A stretch of DNA of 64,000 nt, from the NCBI RefSeq assembly GCF_009914755.1, contig NC_060939.1; one strand, given 5' to 3'. A model generated the notes under the pieces. That model ran no database searches and had not been told where the DNA came from. It was given only the letters and a program-made list of their open reading frames with translations. Both the position numbers and the translations under genes were made by a program. This document shows, piece by piece, positions 44,717 to 61,471 of this stretch. The DNA is from the human T2T-CHM13v2.0 reference genome, Homo sapiens. Numbering within the stretch: position 1 is the first letter of the stretch; each line of letters starts with the position of its first letter.

Positions 44717-47700
44717 TAGTGGTGCAATCATAGCTCACTGCATCTTCGAACTCCCTGGGCTCAGATAATCCTCCCACCTCAGCCTCCCAGGTAGCTGGGA
44801 CTGCAGGCACGTGCCACCACGCCCTCCATATAATTTAAATAATCTCTAGATTACTTATAAAACCTGATACAGTGTAAATGCTATGTAAATAGCTACACAC
44901 TTTTTTTTTTTTGTGGTACTATTATTATATTTTGAAATGGTCTCTCTCTGTCACCCAGGCTGGAGTGCAGTGGCACAAACATGGCTCACTGCAGCCTTCT
45001 AGGCTCAAGCGATCCTCCTGCCTCAGCCTCCCAAGTAGTTGAGACCACAGGCATGTGCCACCACACCTCACTAACTTTTAAATTTTTTGTATGGGGTCTT
45101 GCTATGTTACCCAGGCTGGTCTCGAGTACCTGGGTTTGCTCAATCCTCCCACCTTGCCCTCTTAAATTGCTGGGATTACAGGTGTAAGCTGGAGCAGAAG
45201 CCTGGGCAGCCGGTAGTGAGGGGCTTTGATGTTAGGCTAAAGGATTCAGGCTCATAATGGATCTTGGATCCCTGCCTACCCACCACCCACTTCCCTTGTT
45301 TGGTTCTGCTTTGTCTTAGGCTCAGTTCTCATCCTTCCTGTATTGAGCTTGAACGTATACCCTGTCTGGCCTTGCTTTCCTTGCTCTGTCTTTAGTCTGG
45401 TTCTGTGCCAGCTCCACCTTTGCCCATATAGGGACTGGCAGGTATCCCTGAAACCTAAAACTCTGCCCTGAATTAAACTCATCAGAGGAGACTTAAACAT
45501 CACAAGCTGAGGCTCTTTGCTCTGTCTGTCCCTGTCTTTCTGGAGGATAGAGAAGCTGCCATTTTTCTGGCTGTGGCTTACCTGCTTGGCTAGTGCCCTG
45601 GGATCTTGAGGCTCAGTAATCAAAGCGTGTAGCCCTATAACCTGCCCACTTGCCAACTCTTTTTGCTGCTCAGGAGTTCCTGTGAATTCAGCAGAGCCCG
45701 GGGAAGTCAGGTACTACAGCTACCTGTGCAAATAGGTGACTCCAACAGGTTCTGGTTACAGTAATAGACTTACTGGTTTGGAATTTGATCCTCTTTGCAA
45801 GCAAATGAAGGAATCCTGCCAGCCATCACCCTTCCTGGAATTCTCAGGTTGAACTGATTGGACCTCGCCTCCAAATGTTGGTTAAATGATCCACTTTCTA
45901 TTCTTCAAGTATATTAAGCACACACATACACACACACACCCTCTTTTTTAGGAAGGTAGGTAGGTTTGATCCTTAGCACAGCTTTGCTAAGCAGGCTAAG
46001 TACTGTATTTCGGACTATAGTGCCTGCTGTGGGGAAGCAGTTGAAGTCACTAATACAGATTCCTGCCCCAAGTTTAACTGACTGCTTTCTGTAACCTGTT
46101 TCCTAGGAATGAGATCAGCTTGATGTGGAGGAGGTTCAGGGGCCTCAGAGATAAAATTTGGCTTCTGGTTTTGCAGGAATCTACCTATCCTAGCACCAGT
46201 TGGCTAGGGTGGGACAGGGTCAGGGTTTGCGATCTGGCAGGTAGGTTTCCCTGGAGAATAAAGAATGTGCCTCCATCACCTACCAATGATGTGTTCTGGG
46301 AAGAAGCTGGCTGGTAGCCCTTCTGTACCTTGTCAGATTCTAACAGGGCTCCCCACTCCCTGGGGTAAACTCAGTTCTCCAACTCTGGCCAAGCATTGCC
46401 CTGGTTGGGGCCCTGCAGTGGAGCAGACATTGAGATTACTGGCAAATCAAACTTTGGGTGATCTTGCCCTAGGGAACCAGCCTGTGCTTAACCCCTGCTG
46501 AGAAGTGGGATAATGCAGCCAAACATGATCCTCAGCCCACGTGGGTTGTGCTCAAGTGCTGAAGGCAAATCCTGGGCAGAGAGGCTAGAGAGCCAAGGGG
46601 CCTGTGAGTGAAGAGGAGATAGGCCCCTGTGGATGCTCAGCCATGGAGGTAGCCATTGGACAACTCACCAGCGCTGCTTCCTGGGCAGCTGCCTGGGTTT
46701 CCCTTGCCATGCTGATTCTTTTTTGAGTGCATCTTCTAGGACCTTCTGTCTTGGAAGGAGAGCCCCTTACTGCTCTCTTTCATGTATTGACTCAAAGTTT
46801 CTGCTGGAAGGAGCTTCAGAGATCATCTGGTCCTACCTCTGCATTTTTCAGATGAAGGGACAGGTCCAGGGAGGGAATGACCCTGGACCAGGGTCACTCC
46901 AGGTCAGGAGCACACCATGGTCAGGGCCCAGGGCTTCTGCTTCACAGGCTAGGTATCTGTCTTCTGCTCACACTGCCTTGGAGGGTATAGTTATTCATTC
47001 AGCACCTGTTCAGGACTGCCGGCTAGTGGACTGCTGGTTGGCAATTAGACCCGGTCACACATTCAGGGAGCTTGCTGGTGGAGGGAGAGGCAAGGAAACT
47101 GATGTGTTAATTGAGTCTGTGATCACCAAAAAGGTGCATCCCAGGGAAGGACTGATCTCAAATAATTTCAGACAGGTGTCATTCCTGTCTTCTCAAACTC
47201 AACCTACAGATTCCCCAGAGGCAGCTACTGTGTTTTCCACAATTCCTTTGCATGGTGTTCTTTGTAATCGGTCCTCAGTGATGGTTGCTGATGAAGCACG
47301 TTCTGCTGGCCCAACCCGCCACGTGTAGGTTTTGGTGTCCATCAGCCATATTATCATGAGTGCACACTTCTAGCAACGTCTGAGAGCCAGAGGAAGAAGC
47401 AAACCAGCTAATCTCCTGGGGTGGCCTGCATCCCCTTTATGCTGGTTTCTTCCTGGGCTTTGATTTGTACGGTGGTGCCCATCTTGATTAACAGGGACAG
47501 GGACAGAGAGGCAAATCTCTTGGCTCCCTGGAGCACCCAAACCTCCCTGTTGCCCAGGGTTCCACCTCATGAGCATCTTTGGAACCCATCCCTTCCTGCC
47601 GCTTCCTTTCACCAGTCAGCCCAGTCCACCGCAGCAGCTCCTCTCGCCCTCCAGTCTCTCCACTAACAGGGTCCCTTTGACACTGTCACCAGGTGCCAGC

Positions 47701-48308
47701 ACCGTCTTTCTAAAACCAAAACTCCTCACCCTGGCCCTCGCTGCCCACGGCATTCTGGCCTCACCCTGACTTTCAGTCTCACTTTCTGCCCCTCTACCAC
47801 CCCCCATCACAGTCCGGCCTCACTAGTAAGCCACTCCCTGTTCCCCAACCTGCCACCCTCCTCAGGACCTTCACCTTGGCAAGATTGTTCCTTCCTTTGA
47901 AGTGATTTCTTCCTGTCTCTGAAAAACTAACTCATCCTTCAGGACTCAACCCCAATGTCATTTTTTCTGGGATGCAATCTCTGACTTCTAGAGATGGTCA
48001 CCCTGAGCAGCCACGCACCTGGTACAGCCCTTCCCCACAGCACTGCATCATTCCCTTGTGACTGGCCCATGTGTGGGGAAGGTGTCTCACTTTCTTATCA
48101 AACTGTGTGCTCCCTGAAGCCAGGACTGCTGATCCCTTCCGCTGCCTCAGCCTCTGGCCTGGGGCCTAATACGTGGTGCTCCATACATTCTGGTCGACTG
48201 TATGAATGAAGGGGGTGGCCCTTGTTCTCCTTTTAGATCCTAAATCCCGACAGCTTTATAGAGCCCAGGCCTGGCAGGCTCCCAGAACTTGAAGCCACCA
48301 GACCCCAC

Positions 48309-48443
48309 ATGGAACCAAAGGCCTCCTGTCCAGCTGCTGCACCCTTGATGGAGAGAAAATTCCATGTTCTTGTGGGTGTCACGGGGAGTGTCGCAGCCCT
48401 GAAGTTGCCTCTTCTGGTGTCAAAGCTTTTGGACATTCCTGGG
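48309..48443 (+). CDS. PPCDC: PPCDC exon 2 coding part, aa 1-45 (exon starts 48237); phosphopantothenoylcysteine decarboxylase
   Basis: Encodes MEPKASCPAAAPLMERKFHVLVGVTGSVAALKLPLLVSKLLDIPG with the HFCD/flavoprotein GVTGSVAA motif. Acceptor ccttttag| and donor GGG|GTGAGT. Confidence 0.96.
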
Positions 48444-51399
48444 GTGAGTATCCTCACCAGATAAGCATGGCAGCCTCCGGCATGGGAGGCCGGTGCTCCC
48501 GGGGATGGCCCATTGCTCTGCAGTACATGCAATTTTCTTTTTCTTTATCATGTTAATCATGCTTGTGGAGGTCCTGTGTGTGTGGTGCTCTGTGGAGGAT
48601 TCAGGAGACAGAGACCAGTGCCCAGTGTAACCAGGGGCTAGATTAGATAGTACAGACAGGGCATGAGGGGAGACTGGGAAAGGACCCAGTGAACGGAGGG
48701 TTTGGGCTCCCATACATTAACCCTGAGAATCCGTGAAGTCCTGTGTGGGAGGAGGGCTGGCTGGAGAAGTGCAGCAAGTTCTCAGTATCCCCTCCTGCCT
48801 TGGGCTTCCCCACCCCTGCTTTCATTCCGCCTTGAACACTGCGGCTGTGTTCTCCCTCCTCGTGAGACCTCATGGTTGTCTTGTCAGTCAAATGCTCTGA
48901 AACCCCATTGTCTGAAGCTCTAGGTTCAAACTTTGCTCCTTCAGGTGTTCAGAGCTGCCCCAGGGGCCCCCGACTGTGTGCTGGGGTGAGGGACTCTAGC
49001 CCCCGTCCTTGGCCAGACCCTCAACTTGGATCTATTTTCTATATTGGGGTTCTGGTGCAGAAGTTCAAGGCTTTAAACAGCGTGAAATCTAACAGGGAGT
49101 GGCCCCACTTCCTAGTTCCACCTCCAGGGCCCTTAGTTGGTCTGTCTTATCCCCCTTGGTCTTTGCGTGGCTGGGCCCTGCTAGGCTGGCTGCCCTCTCT
49201 GCTCCTCTCTCGCCTTTTCACATTCTGTGCAAAGCCTTCCCTGTCTGCCCCAGCCCAGCCCCTGTGGTTTTGGCCCCTTCTTTTAAACTTATTTGACATA
49301 GAACTATAGGTTGCCTTAGACACTGCTGGTGTTACTGGCCCCTAGTTTTTGGTGGGGTCTTGTGAAGTTGCTGGGCCCCAGGCCTGGCTTTTCCCTCTTG
49401 TTATCAGCTGAGCACCCAAGGTGCAGTGGCCGTATCTGGCATGTCCAGCAGGGGGCGGTGCTTACTCACAGATGACCACGTGGTCACATCAGCTGGGGCT
49501 GGGCTGGGAAGTGTTTCACTTTTTTACTTTCCACCAACTTCCACCCAGAAAGTCACCCCATCACCCCACCCCCAGGGCTGGGATAAGCCATGAAGCTGCC
49601 AGCCAGGGATGACAGCCAGGCCAGAGTGGGGGAGGGAGGAGAGTCTCGTGGCACTCTGACACTGGGTGCTGCACTTTTAGGGCAGTGCTGCTTAGGCCCA
49701 GCCACCCGCTGTGTACCCAGAAGCATTGGTAGGAGCTGCCCAGCTAGAGCCGTGAGGGTGGGAGGCCTCTGCCACCACCCCCTGGGGAGGGAGGGAGCCA
49801 TGCAGTTCCCTTTTCCCATAGCCCCAGGGCAAGTGAGTTTCCGGACTAGGGGTGGATAGGGGCGGGGAGTCCTATCCCAGGAAACAGATGGGCAGCCTCA
49901 GAGCGGAGGGAAATGGCAACCCTACCGCTTCCTCCCATCCCACGCAGCCAGCGTTTGGTGGGAGGGGGGTTGTGAGGAAAGGGTTGCCTGGAGCAGGGAG
50001 GTGCTCCAGCCCACCCCAGGGCCTTTTAGCCTGGGCCCCATGGGATGGCAGGCCATGTCTGGAACAGGACTTGGCTTCCCCTCTCTGGTTGGAGTTGATG
50101 CCAAAAGTGAGGCAGCCAGAGGGCACTGAACTGGGAGGGAGGGCTCCCCGACTCAGCCTCTTGGAGCTTGCCTTTCCCATTTGAAAATAGGGCTGATTCC
50201 TGCTGCCCATCCCCCAGACTCTTGTCAGGCTCCCTGAGATGTTGGCTGGGGTGGGAGGGGTCACAGATGAAAATGGTCCTGTGCCAGTGACTCAGCACAG
50301 AGCCTGGCATGTTGAAGCACTCGGTTGTGTGTGTTTCCTGGCCATCACCCTGTCCTTTCCCCTTGTTCATGTCCTTTGGGCCAGCCACATGGTGTGGGGC
50401 AACCCCACTGGGAAGAGCCATGGAAGCCACAGTTCACCTGCTCTTGTGGAGGGCCCATGCCTTTCATCTGCAGGGAGACAGCTCTCCAAGCCTGGCCTTG
50501 CTTATTAGGGCCCTCGTGAGGTGTTGGGATCCAAAGGTAATCCCTGGATTGCCTTGTGTTGGCCCCAGTGGTGGCGTCTATCCCTGCACACTCCCCTTCA
50601 CTCCCTGATGGCCCTGATCTCCACATTGCCTCCTGCTGGATCTCCTGCAGGAGCATCATTGTCCCTTGGAGCAGTCACTTTCAGCTCTTCACCTGCTGAG
50701 TCGTGGGTTCAGGTGCTCAAGGCTTTCCGGAACTTCCTTAGGTACATCCAGATTTTGTCTAGCACATGAACAGCTGGGGTGTGGGCTGCAGGGAGCTGGG
50801 GGATTCTACAGATCTGGCCCATCACTGTTCCTGATTGACCAGTATGTCCAGACATCCCGGGAAAGCCGCTAATGTCAAGGTAGCCAAATCAGGGAGACTG
50901 TGAGGGGTGGTGGAGAGACATGGATTAGCCACAAGCCACACACACCAGCAGTCAGGGAGAGTAGTCACTAGCAGAGATGACCTTGAGTATGTTGGGGCAG
51001 GTGGGCAACCGTGTCACAAGAGAGGCAGCTGAGCACATTTCTGACGCTGGGACCCTGGGCAAGTCCGTTCTTTTTGGCCATAATTTTCTTATCCACACAG
51101 TGAAGGAGGGGCAGGTTCTCAAATGATCCATCTCCAGGGCCTCTTCTGGCACTGGTGTTAGAAGATTCTAGATGTGAGGGCAAAAAGGACTAGGACCCAA
51201 AGGCAGCCTGAGAGAAGGTCCTGGGGCTCAGGAGCTTCAGGATGCCGGGGGTTTTGTAGTTCCGTAGTTGTCATGTAATTGAGTGGCAGTAAAATCCGGG
51301 TTGTCAGCTCAGGCAGTTTCTTCCCTGGGGTTGGCAGCCTGGCCCATGCAGGGGAGCAAAAATGGCTTTCCTCCATCTTGCTAGGCTGCTTGGCTGGGC

Positions 51400-52147
<748 letters not shown>

Positions 52148-52688
52148 CCACACCCTTCAAACTTGGGAGGAGAAGACAGACATCGCCCTAGCTTTTGCCA
52201 GGGCAGGTGTCAGCAGAATTCAGAGCCAAAAGGGGATTTCTAAAGATAGAGAAAACCCCCAACTCAAGGAGTCAGCAGGCCTCGGGCTCAGAGAAGGATA
52301 CATTTCTAGGGTGTCTGTCAGGACATCCAGGTCTGTCGAGGGTGAGGAAAAGAAGGCTCTGCTCATATGTAGTGTGGAGTAAATTCTGACTTTCTGGAGG
52401 ACCACTTGACAATATTGAGAGAAATTAAAACATCTTCATAGTCCTTGATTTACCCACAGGATTAAACTCTGTGGGGTGTATTTACAAAGTGAAAGGATGT
52501 CCATTATAGCATTATTTATAATTTCAAAGCAAAACTGGAAGCAAACAAAATATCCAGCAGTAGAGAGCTGTGGTGCCCTTATGATTTATGGGACAATCTC
52601 TCAGTGGATTACTTGGCAATGATTCAGAAAAATGGGGTGGCTCTCTCTGTGCTGAAGGGAGCAATCATCAAGATGGAAGCGGAATAAG

Positions 52689-53326
<638 letters not shown>

Positions 53327-54902
53327 GTATGCAGCCTGATTCCTTCTGTGTGTTCTTATACTGAGTTACTGCACACAGTTTTTTCCTCTGGAGGTGGTTA
53401 CCCTTGTGAAGGGGGACCAGTGGAGGAAGGGAAACTTGCATTTTTCATTTTTGTATCATTCTGTTCAGTTTTAATTTGTAACCTATGTGTATATTTGTGT
53501 GTGTGTGTTTTTTTGTTTGTTTGTTTGTTTTAAGTCAGTGGGGCTTTTGGTGGGAATATTGGGGAACATTCTTGATAAGTTTGTGCTTTTTTTTTTTAAA
53601 GTGCTCACTGAGGAAAGAGCAGAAGACATAAGGCCTGGTTTGAGGATTTCTCTTTTTTTCTGGGTGGGGGCCACCTGCCCGCTCTGTGTCCTGATGTGGA
53701 AACTCTGAGACCTTTATTTGTGCCTCTGCCTGCTTGGCTGGCCCCTTCCTCCTCTGGCCTGCAGCCCTGTCACCTGCTCCTCTAGGGACAGAGCTCTGTC
53801 GGCCTCTGGGCAGAGGGTCCCGCACCCCAGGGTCCTTCCCTGATTGCCCAGAACAACGTTCCTGTGCAGAGCCTCCCTAGACCACCTCCCTGGTTTCCTT
53901 CTTGAGAATTTTCTGAAGTTGGGGAAGCACACAGAAGGGTTGGCATGAGGAGCTGACACAACCAGAACACCAGCTCCCCCAGGGGCAGATGAGAGCACGA
54001 CTGTTTCCTGCAGAGCCAGGTGGGAAAGGTCAGGGTCACAGAAGGGCTGGGGTGGTACGGTGAGCTAGATGGAGCCCTACCATGTGGTCTAAATGGCCCA
54101 TGCATGGGTCATAAGGGGAAACCAGGCACAGAGGAAGAGGGTCTCGCCCACGGCCTTCCAGGGAGTGAGTGAGTTAGCAGAACTGGGGGCTTGAGGCCAG
54201 GTTTCCTGGGTCCTATCAGTGAGTGAATTGAAGAGCTCAGACCTGGAGCTCATTCTCTGCTCAAGCTCACCAATGCTTGAGGATGGTGGAATTTGTGGAT
54301 TCCTATCTTGGTCTGCCTTGCAGTTAGGGGTTACCTGTACCCCACCTATCTGTTAGACTGAGCCCTAGGAGAGGCCAGAGCTTGGATCTTATCAGCCCTG
54401 CCCCCACCATATAAGAGGCTTAGTAAATGTTTGCCGAGTAGAGGCATCATCATGAGCCATGGAACCCACTGAGCCAACCGGAACTCCCTTGGGGGTTTTG
54501 TTAAGGAGGCCACCTCCTTCACAGCTCCCGCGCCTCATGTGCCAACCGCACTGGGCCCCAAGAATCCTTTGTCCTAGAATGTACCCACCAACTCCCCTGC
54601 TCAGGTTAGTGTCAGCTTCTTAGCTGGCCGCTAGGACCTGGGCACAGATCTGGAGCATGCCATCGTCAACACTGGTAGACCCAATGTCAGAGTCCTCTGC
54701 TGTGCGTCCTGGCCCAGAGGACTGGGCCACCAAAGCCCTGGGTTCCTTGTCTTGTCACAGATTAAGTGCGGGGCTACCACTTCCTCTTTAGAATCCTCCT
54801 TGGTCTCCAGTGGAGGCATCATCACGCCCTACTAGAAACGCCTGCTCTCCAGCCACTCAGCTGCTAGTTCCAGTTGGGCTCTTCTCCTTTTCTTGTATAT
54901 GC

Positions 54903-55174
54903 CAGAGCTGTGCTATCTGATATATTTAAATTTTCTTGTATATTCCAGAGCTGTGCTATCCGATAAATGTAAATTTGAATGTGGCAGCCGCTTGCCACAT
55001 TCAAATTTAAATTTAAATTAATTAGAATTTAATAAAAAATTCAGTTCTTCAGTCACAGCAGTCACACCTCAGATGCTCAGTGGCCACATGTGGCCAGTGC
55101 TGCCACACCCTACGGCACAGGTAGGGCCGTTCCCATCATTGCAGAGATGGAAATGCTCTTCACGGATAATGCTG
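54903..55174 (-). mobile_element. MER33/MER3-type hAT-Charlie element
   Basis: aaattcagttcttcagtcaca...ctcagtggccacatgtggccagtg motifs. Confidence 0.65.
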
Positions 55175-55176
55175 TA

Positions 55177-55308
55177 GAGTTGTGGTTCTCAACGGGGGTG
55201 ATTTTCCCTCCCAGGGGACATTGGATAATGTCCAGAGACATTTTTGGTTGTCCTAACTTAGGGATGGTGGTGCTACTGGCTCTTGGTTCTAGTGGGTAGA
55301 GGCCAGGA
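55177..55308 (+). mobile_element. MER20 fragment
   Basis: gtggttctcaacgggggtgattttccctcccaggggacattgg...agagacatttttggttgtc...gggtagaggccagg. Confidence 0.8.
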
Positions 55309-55672
55309 ATGGGCTTGGCGGTGGAGACTCAGGCCATGGGATTTGTCTCATCCTGTGGCTGCGAAGTGCCTCTCCACGAGTTCCTTTGATAATCTGCCCC
55401 AGACGTAGCCTGGCCACACTAGGGGCCTGAAGTAGAAACGGGAGGTATCACTCTAAATCCTCATTCCATTTCTCCTGACCAGACCCAAATCAGGATTCCT
55501 GATGTCTCTTCAGCAAAGAAAAGGAAACTAGACTTGCCAACTGGTTTCGGGAAGGAATCTCTATACATGCTAGATAAAATGCAGGCAGCTTATGTAATAG
55601 GGTCTGTCCAAGCCTCAGTCACATACACAAAGAGATTTAGCTTAAAACTATTAGCTGTAAAAACTTTTCTCA

Positions 55673-55999
<327 letters not shown>

Positions 56000-57522
56000 T
56001 CAGCAGGGGACTAAGCCGGGAGCTGCCTTTCAGGAATTCTGTAGCATATGGGGGATTCTTTTTTAATGCCCAGCGCTGCTTCTACCAGGACCCACAAAGG
56101 TGTAAGAGAAAGCCAAGGAAGGCTCCTGCCCTCAGGGAGTTTCTGCCCTGCCAGGGCTCCTTGGCATTTGCTGGGAAAAGGTCAAGGTAAATGAGTAAAC
56201 GGTCAGAATTATTTAGTATCATAGAAGATAACACATGGTTTTATTTATTTATTTATTTATTTTAATGTGTACAGGGCCCAGCCCTTGGCTCCCAGGACCT
56301 TTTGGTGGAGTGAATGAAAATAAAAGAACAAAGCCCATAGGGCTGATGAATCAGATCAAGTGACATCCCTCTAAAACCAGAAAAACTAGTCTGGGCCTGC
56401 TAGACAGCACTGGGGTCAGTCAGGGTCACCTCCAAGGAGAGTCAGCTGCTTCAGTGGGTCAGAGGTGGGGCATCAGGAAAGACCCGCCCATCACATACTC
56501 TTCGCATTACTCCTTAGTGAAGACCTTGACCCCAGGAGGCTCCCTAACAATGTGACTGTAACCTGGGAGGGTGGCTAGAGAGTGGAGCCTCTGAGAGGTT
56601 AGGCAAAGAGCTTAGAGGGAAGATCTCAAGCAGGGTGAGAGGCTTAACAGGACCCCGGGTGGAGCTCCCCAGGGGACAGTGGGGGCCTAAAGGCTCTGAG
56701 ACCTTGAGTGACGGTGTAGGGAAGGAAGAAAGGGTAGAGTTGAGAGGGAGGCGAGAACCCCTGAATCAAGGGCATTACCAATTTGGGGATGATTCTTTTT
56801 ATTTTTTTATTGATGGATGATTGATTGATTATTTTTTTTTTGTAGAGAAGGAGTTTTGCCCTGTTGCCCAGGCTCATCCCAAACTTCTGAGCTCAAGCAA
56901 TCCGCCCGTCTCTGCCTCCCAAAGTGCTGGGATGACAGGCATGAGCCACCATGCCTGGCGCCCAATTTGGGGATGATTCTGAAGGCCAGCACTAGGCAAG
57001 GTTCTCCGCTTTGCAAACTGGAAGATGGTTTTGGGAGCTGGGGAGAGTGGAGGACCTAGACCTTCAGGAAGTAGCTTTCCAAATTTCAGAATAGAGGCGA
57101 TGAACCTGGGACATTCTTAAGTAGCAAATGGTTCAGGATGGTTGGGAAGCTCTTAGAAATGAAAGATGGTGGTCCCATGAGCAGAAGCAGGCAGTGTATT
57201 AGCAGAGATGTGGTCTCTGGCTACCTGAAGCCTTCTGTTGAAGGAGCTGGAAAACAGTTAAGTGGAAGGGAGGACATGTAACCAGAGATGAAGGAAGAAT
57301 GTGGTCCAGAGCCCCCCAGGGTGAGCTGAAGCTTATGGCAAAACTCAGGAGGCTCGAGAGGGCTGTTTTATGTATTTGGAAGAAGAACAATGAAGCAGTG
57401 TCTGGTGCTGGAGGCCAGTGGTAACATTAGCAGAGGATAAGAAGAAATGGGAGGGGCTGGGCGCGGTGGCTCATGCCTGTAATCCCAGCACTTTGGGAGG
57501 CAGAGGCATGTGGATTGCCCTA

Positions 57523-57747
<225 letters not shown>

Positions 57748-57939
57748 TTAACAAAGAAATGGGGGGATTCTTTGATCTCATTTTGTTCATCTTCTCTTTT
57801 GAGCTTGTGGTGGTAGGAGGGACCTGAACCGAGGCTGGGTGATTCATCTCCTGTCCTGGGCAAGTTCTCTCCTGGGGTGCTAGGGTACTGTGGTTGGTGA
57901 CCTACAGGAAGTGTGGGAAACGTCAAAGGGGCCAGGGGC

Positions 57940-58620
57940 AGGAGATGGCTAGTATCCATTTATCAAAAAGGTGAAGGAGGTGAGCTCCACAAATTGCTAC
58001 AGATGAGGCTTGTAAGTGCTAAGAAAAGCTAGATTGGGATCACTAGGAACAAGGCATATCGATTTTAGTTTATGTTTTGGATAGTAGACAAAGTATTTTT
58101 CGATTTAGATGAGGCCTTTGATGGAATCCTAGGACCTCTCCCTAGACCACCTGGGGATGTTGTCAGCATGTTATAGCCAGTGAAAGATCCAACTTGGAAA
58201 GAGTTTCTTCTTGGTTCTTTCTCACCCCTTGCTCTGCTGCCACACCCACGCCCGTGGACATTGTGGGTGGCCTCTGCCCTTGACTTTGTTCTGTTCATAA
58301 TTTGGATTAGTGTCTCTGGGGGCTACTGATGGTGGTGCTGGCTGAGAGGAGGAGCAACAGGATTGAGCTCTCAGGAGCTCTCTGTAGGCTGAGCAAACAG
58401 CAGACCAACTCTGGTGAGGGGAAGTTTACCAGGGACATGTGAGGGACAGCATTTGGGACCAGAAAAATAACTGCTCAGATACAGCCTGGCGCTTGTGGCT
58501 TAGTAGCAGCATGAATGAGAATAATTTTTTTGAGTTTTTGCTGATTGCAAACTCCATACATCAGCAGAGGGATGTGGCCACCAGAAGAGCTGCTGTGGGC
58601 TCAGGCTGCACCAATAGACA
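57940..58620 (+). mobile_element. L3/CR1 LINE fossil
   Basis: Decayed CR1-like RT motifs, e.g. ...gaggcctttgatgg and cagcagagggatgtggccaccagaagagc...ggctgcaccaataga. Confidence 0.5.
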
Positions 58621-59675
58621 TGACGCTCTAATTTCTTCATGAACCTAACAGTGGGGTTGCCTTCTCCGACCCCTGGAGGCAGAGTAAATGGCTCTCACCT
58701 GTGGGTTCGTCACTTCTGGGAAATTTAATTTAATTTTTTTTTTGTAATTTTCTCCTATTTTTCTGTTCTCTCTGGAACTCTTTAATCGTCAGATTTTTTA
58801 ACCTACTGAATTGATTCAATTTTCTCATCTTTTTTCTACTATTATCCGTTTCTTTATCTTTTTTTTTCTCCTTTCTGGAAGATTTCTTTTAGACTTGTGT
58901 TGAATTTTTTATTTCACTGTTTATAATGTTAATTTCTAAGAGTTCTTTTTTGTTCCTTGAATACTCATTTTAAAAAGTGTTATGTTCTTGTTTCTTGGGT
59001 GTAGTCTCTCATCTTTAAGTTTTCTTCTCCCTCTATTGTCTCTGGGTTTCTATTTTCTGTTTGTTTGTGTAATCTCTTTCTTGCTAGAGGACTCTCCTCA
59101 GATATCTGATACTCCTTGGCTGTTCTTATTTGGGTGCCAAAAGTTGATTGGAAACTCTGTCTTCACTGCCAGGGACTTGGTACTCATCTGGTATTGAAAT
59201 GTTTTGTTGGTGGACCTCTGAATTCCATATCTGAAGGTTTCCTTCCCTACCACATCTCCCTACTGCCAGGGTTATTTGTTTTTTCCAGAAGGACCCTATC
59301 AGTAGTCTCCTGCCTGGTTGACCTTGCGTTCTTAGGGTCAAGTAGGGGAAGCAGGCTTGGGTCTCTGTTTGGTCTGTAGATACTCACTTCTGCTCCAGGA
59401 CTCCTTTGACCTCTGTTGTGCTAACTCTGCAAGGGTAGTATGTTTGGCTGCCTTGGGTGGGAAGAAGACCTGGGGGGACTTTAGCTGTTCCTTCTACAGG
59501 TCAGGAAGTCCTCCTGTATTCAGCTATCTGCCTCATGCTCACCTTTGTGGTACTCACTGCCTCAAGTCCTAGGCTCCTGGGCTCTAATTGGCTTGTGTCT
59601 CAGTTACTGTGTAGGCTTTGGATATTTTCTTTTCTCATCTAATCTAATCTTATCTTGTAGGATCTGCTCTGCTAG

Positions 59676-60235
<560 letters not shown>

Positions 60236-61150
60236 TAATTTTTTTGTATTAGAGATGTGGTTTCACCACGTTGCCCAGGCTGGTCTTGAACTCCTGGCCT
60301 CAAGCAATCTGCCTGCCTCAGTCTCCCAAAGTGCTGGGATTACAGGCGTGAGCCACTGAGTTTAGATCGTTTTAAAAAAAATTACTTTACTTTTATTTTA
60401 ATGGGCTTCTGGGAGGGAGCAGAGTTTACCTTATTTAACTAAAAGCTTTTTCTTCTATTTAACCTTTATATGTTCTTTTGCTTTAAATTTATCTTTTTAT
60501 ACAAGATATTGATGGATTAAACAATATCCAAGATAAGAATCTGAATTTTAATACAGAAGATGAGCCTGTTATATATTTACTATAATTATTATTATATTAG
60601 GATTTACCTATGCTGTCTTATTTAATGCTTGCTTGCTTTTTATTTTTTTATTTTTTAATTTTTTTTGGAGTTAGGGTCTCACCCTTTCACCCAGGCTGGA
60701 GTGCAGTAACTTGATCTCTGCTCACTGCAGCCTCTGCCTTCCCAGGCTCAAGGGCTCCGCCCACTTCAGCTTCCCGAATATAGCTGGGACTACAGGCGCA
60801 CACCACCATGCCTGGCTAATTTTTGTATTTTTTGTAGAGATGGGGGTCTCACCATGTTGCCCAGGCTGGTGTTGAACTCCTGGGCTCAAGCAGTCTGCCT
60901 GTCTCGGCCTTCCAAAGTGCTGGGATTACAGGCATGAGCGTAATCCCATTACTGCTCCCGGCCAAATGCTTTATCATATATTCTCTCTGCTTCTTTTTCT
61001 CCTTTCGTATCCTTTATGTGTAGATTGAATTTCCTTCTGTGGGTTTGAAAGGTAAAGGTTATTCTTCTTATGGTTACCATAACTTATTGTGCCCTCTTCT
61101 TTACCTCATCACTATCTTGTGTCTTCCCCACGAAAGAGACAGAGCCTTCA

Positions 61151-61471
<321 letters not shown>

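Noticed and set aside
46633-47328. 231-aa ORF in PPCDC intron 1
   Set aside because: No recognisable domain and it runs through MIR/L2-like sequence. Most likely a chance ORF.
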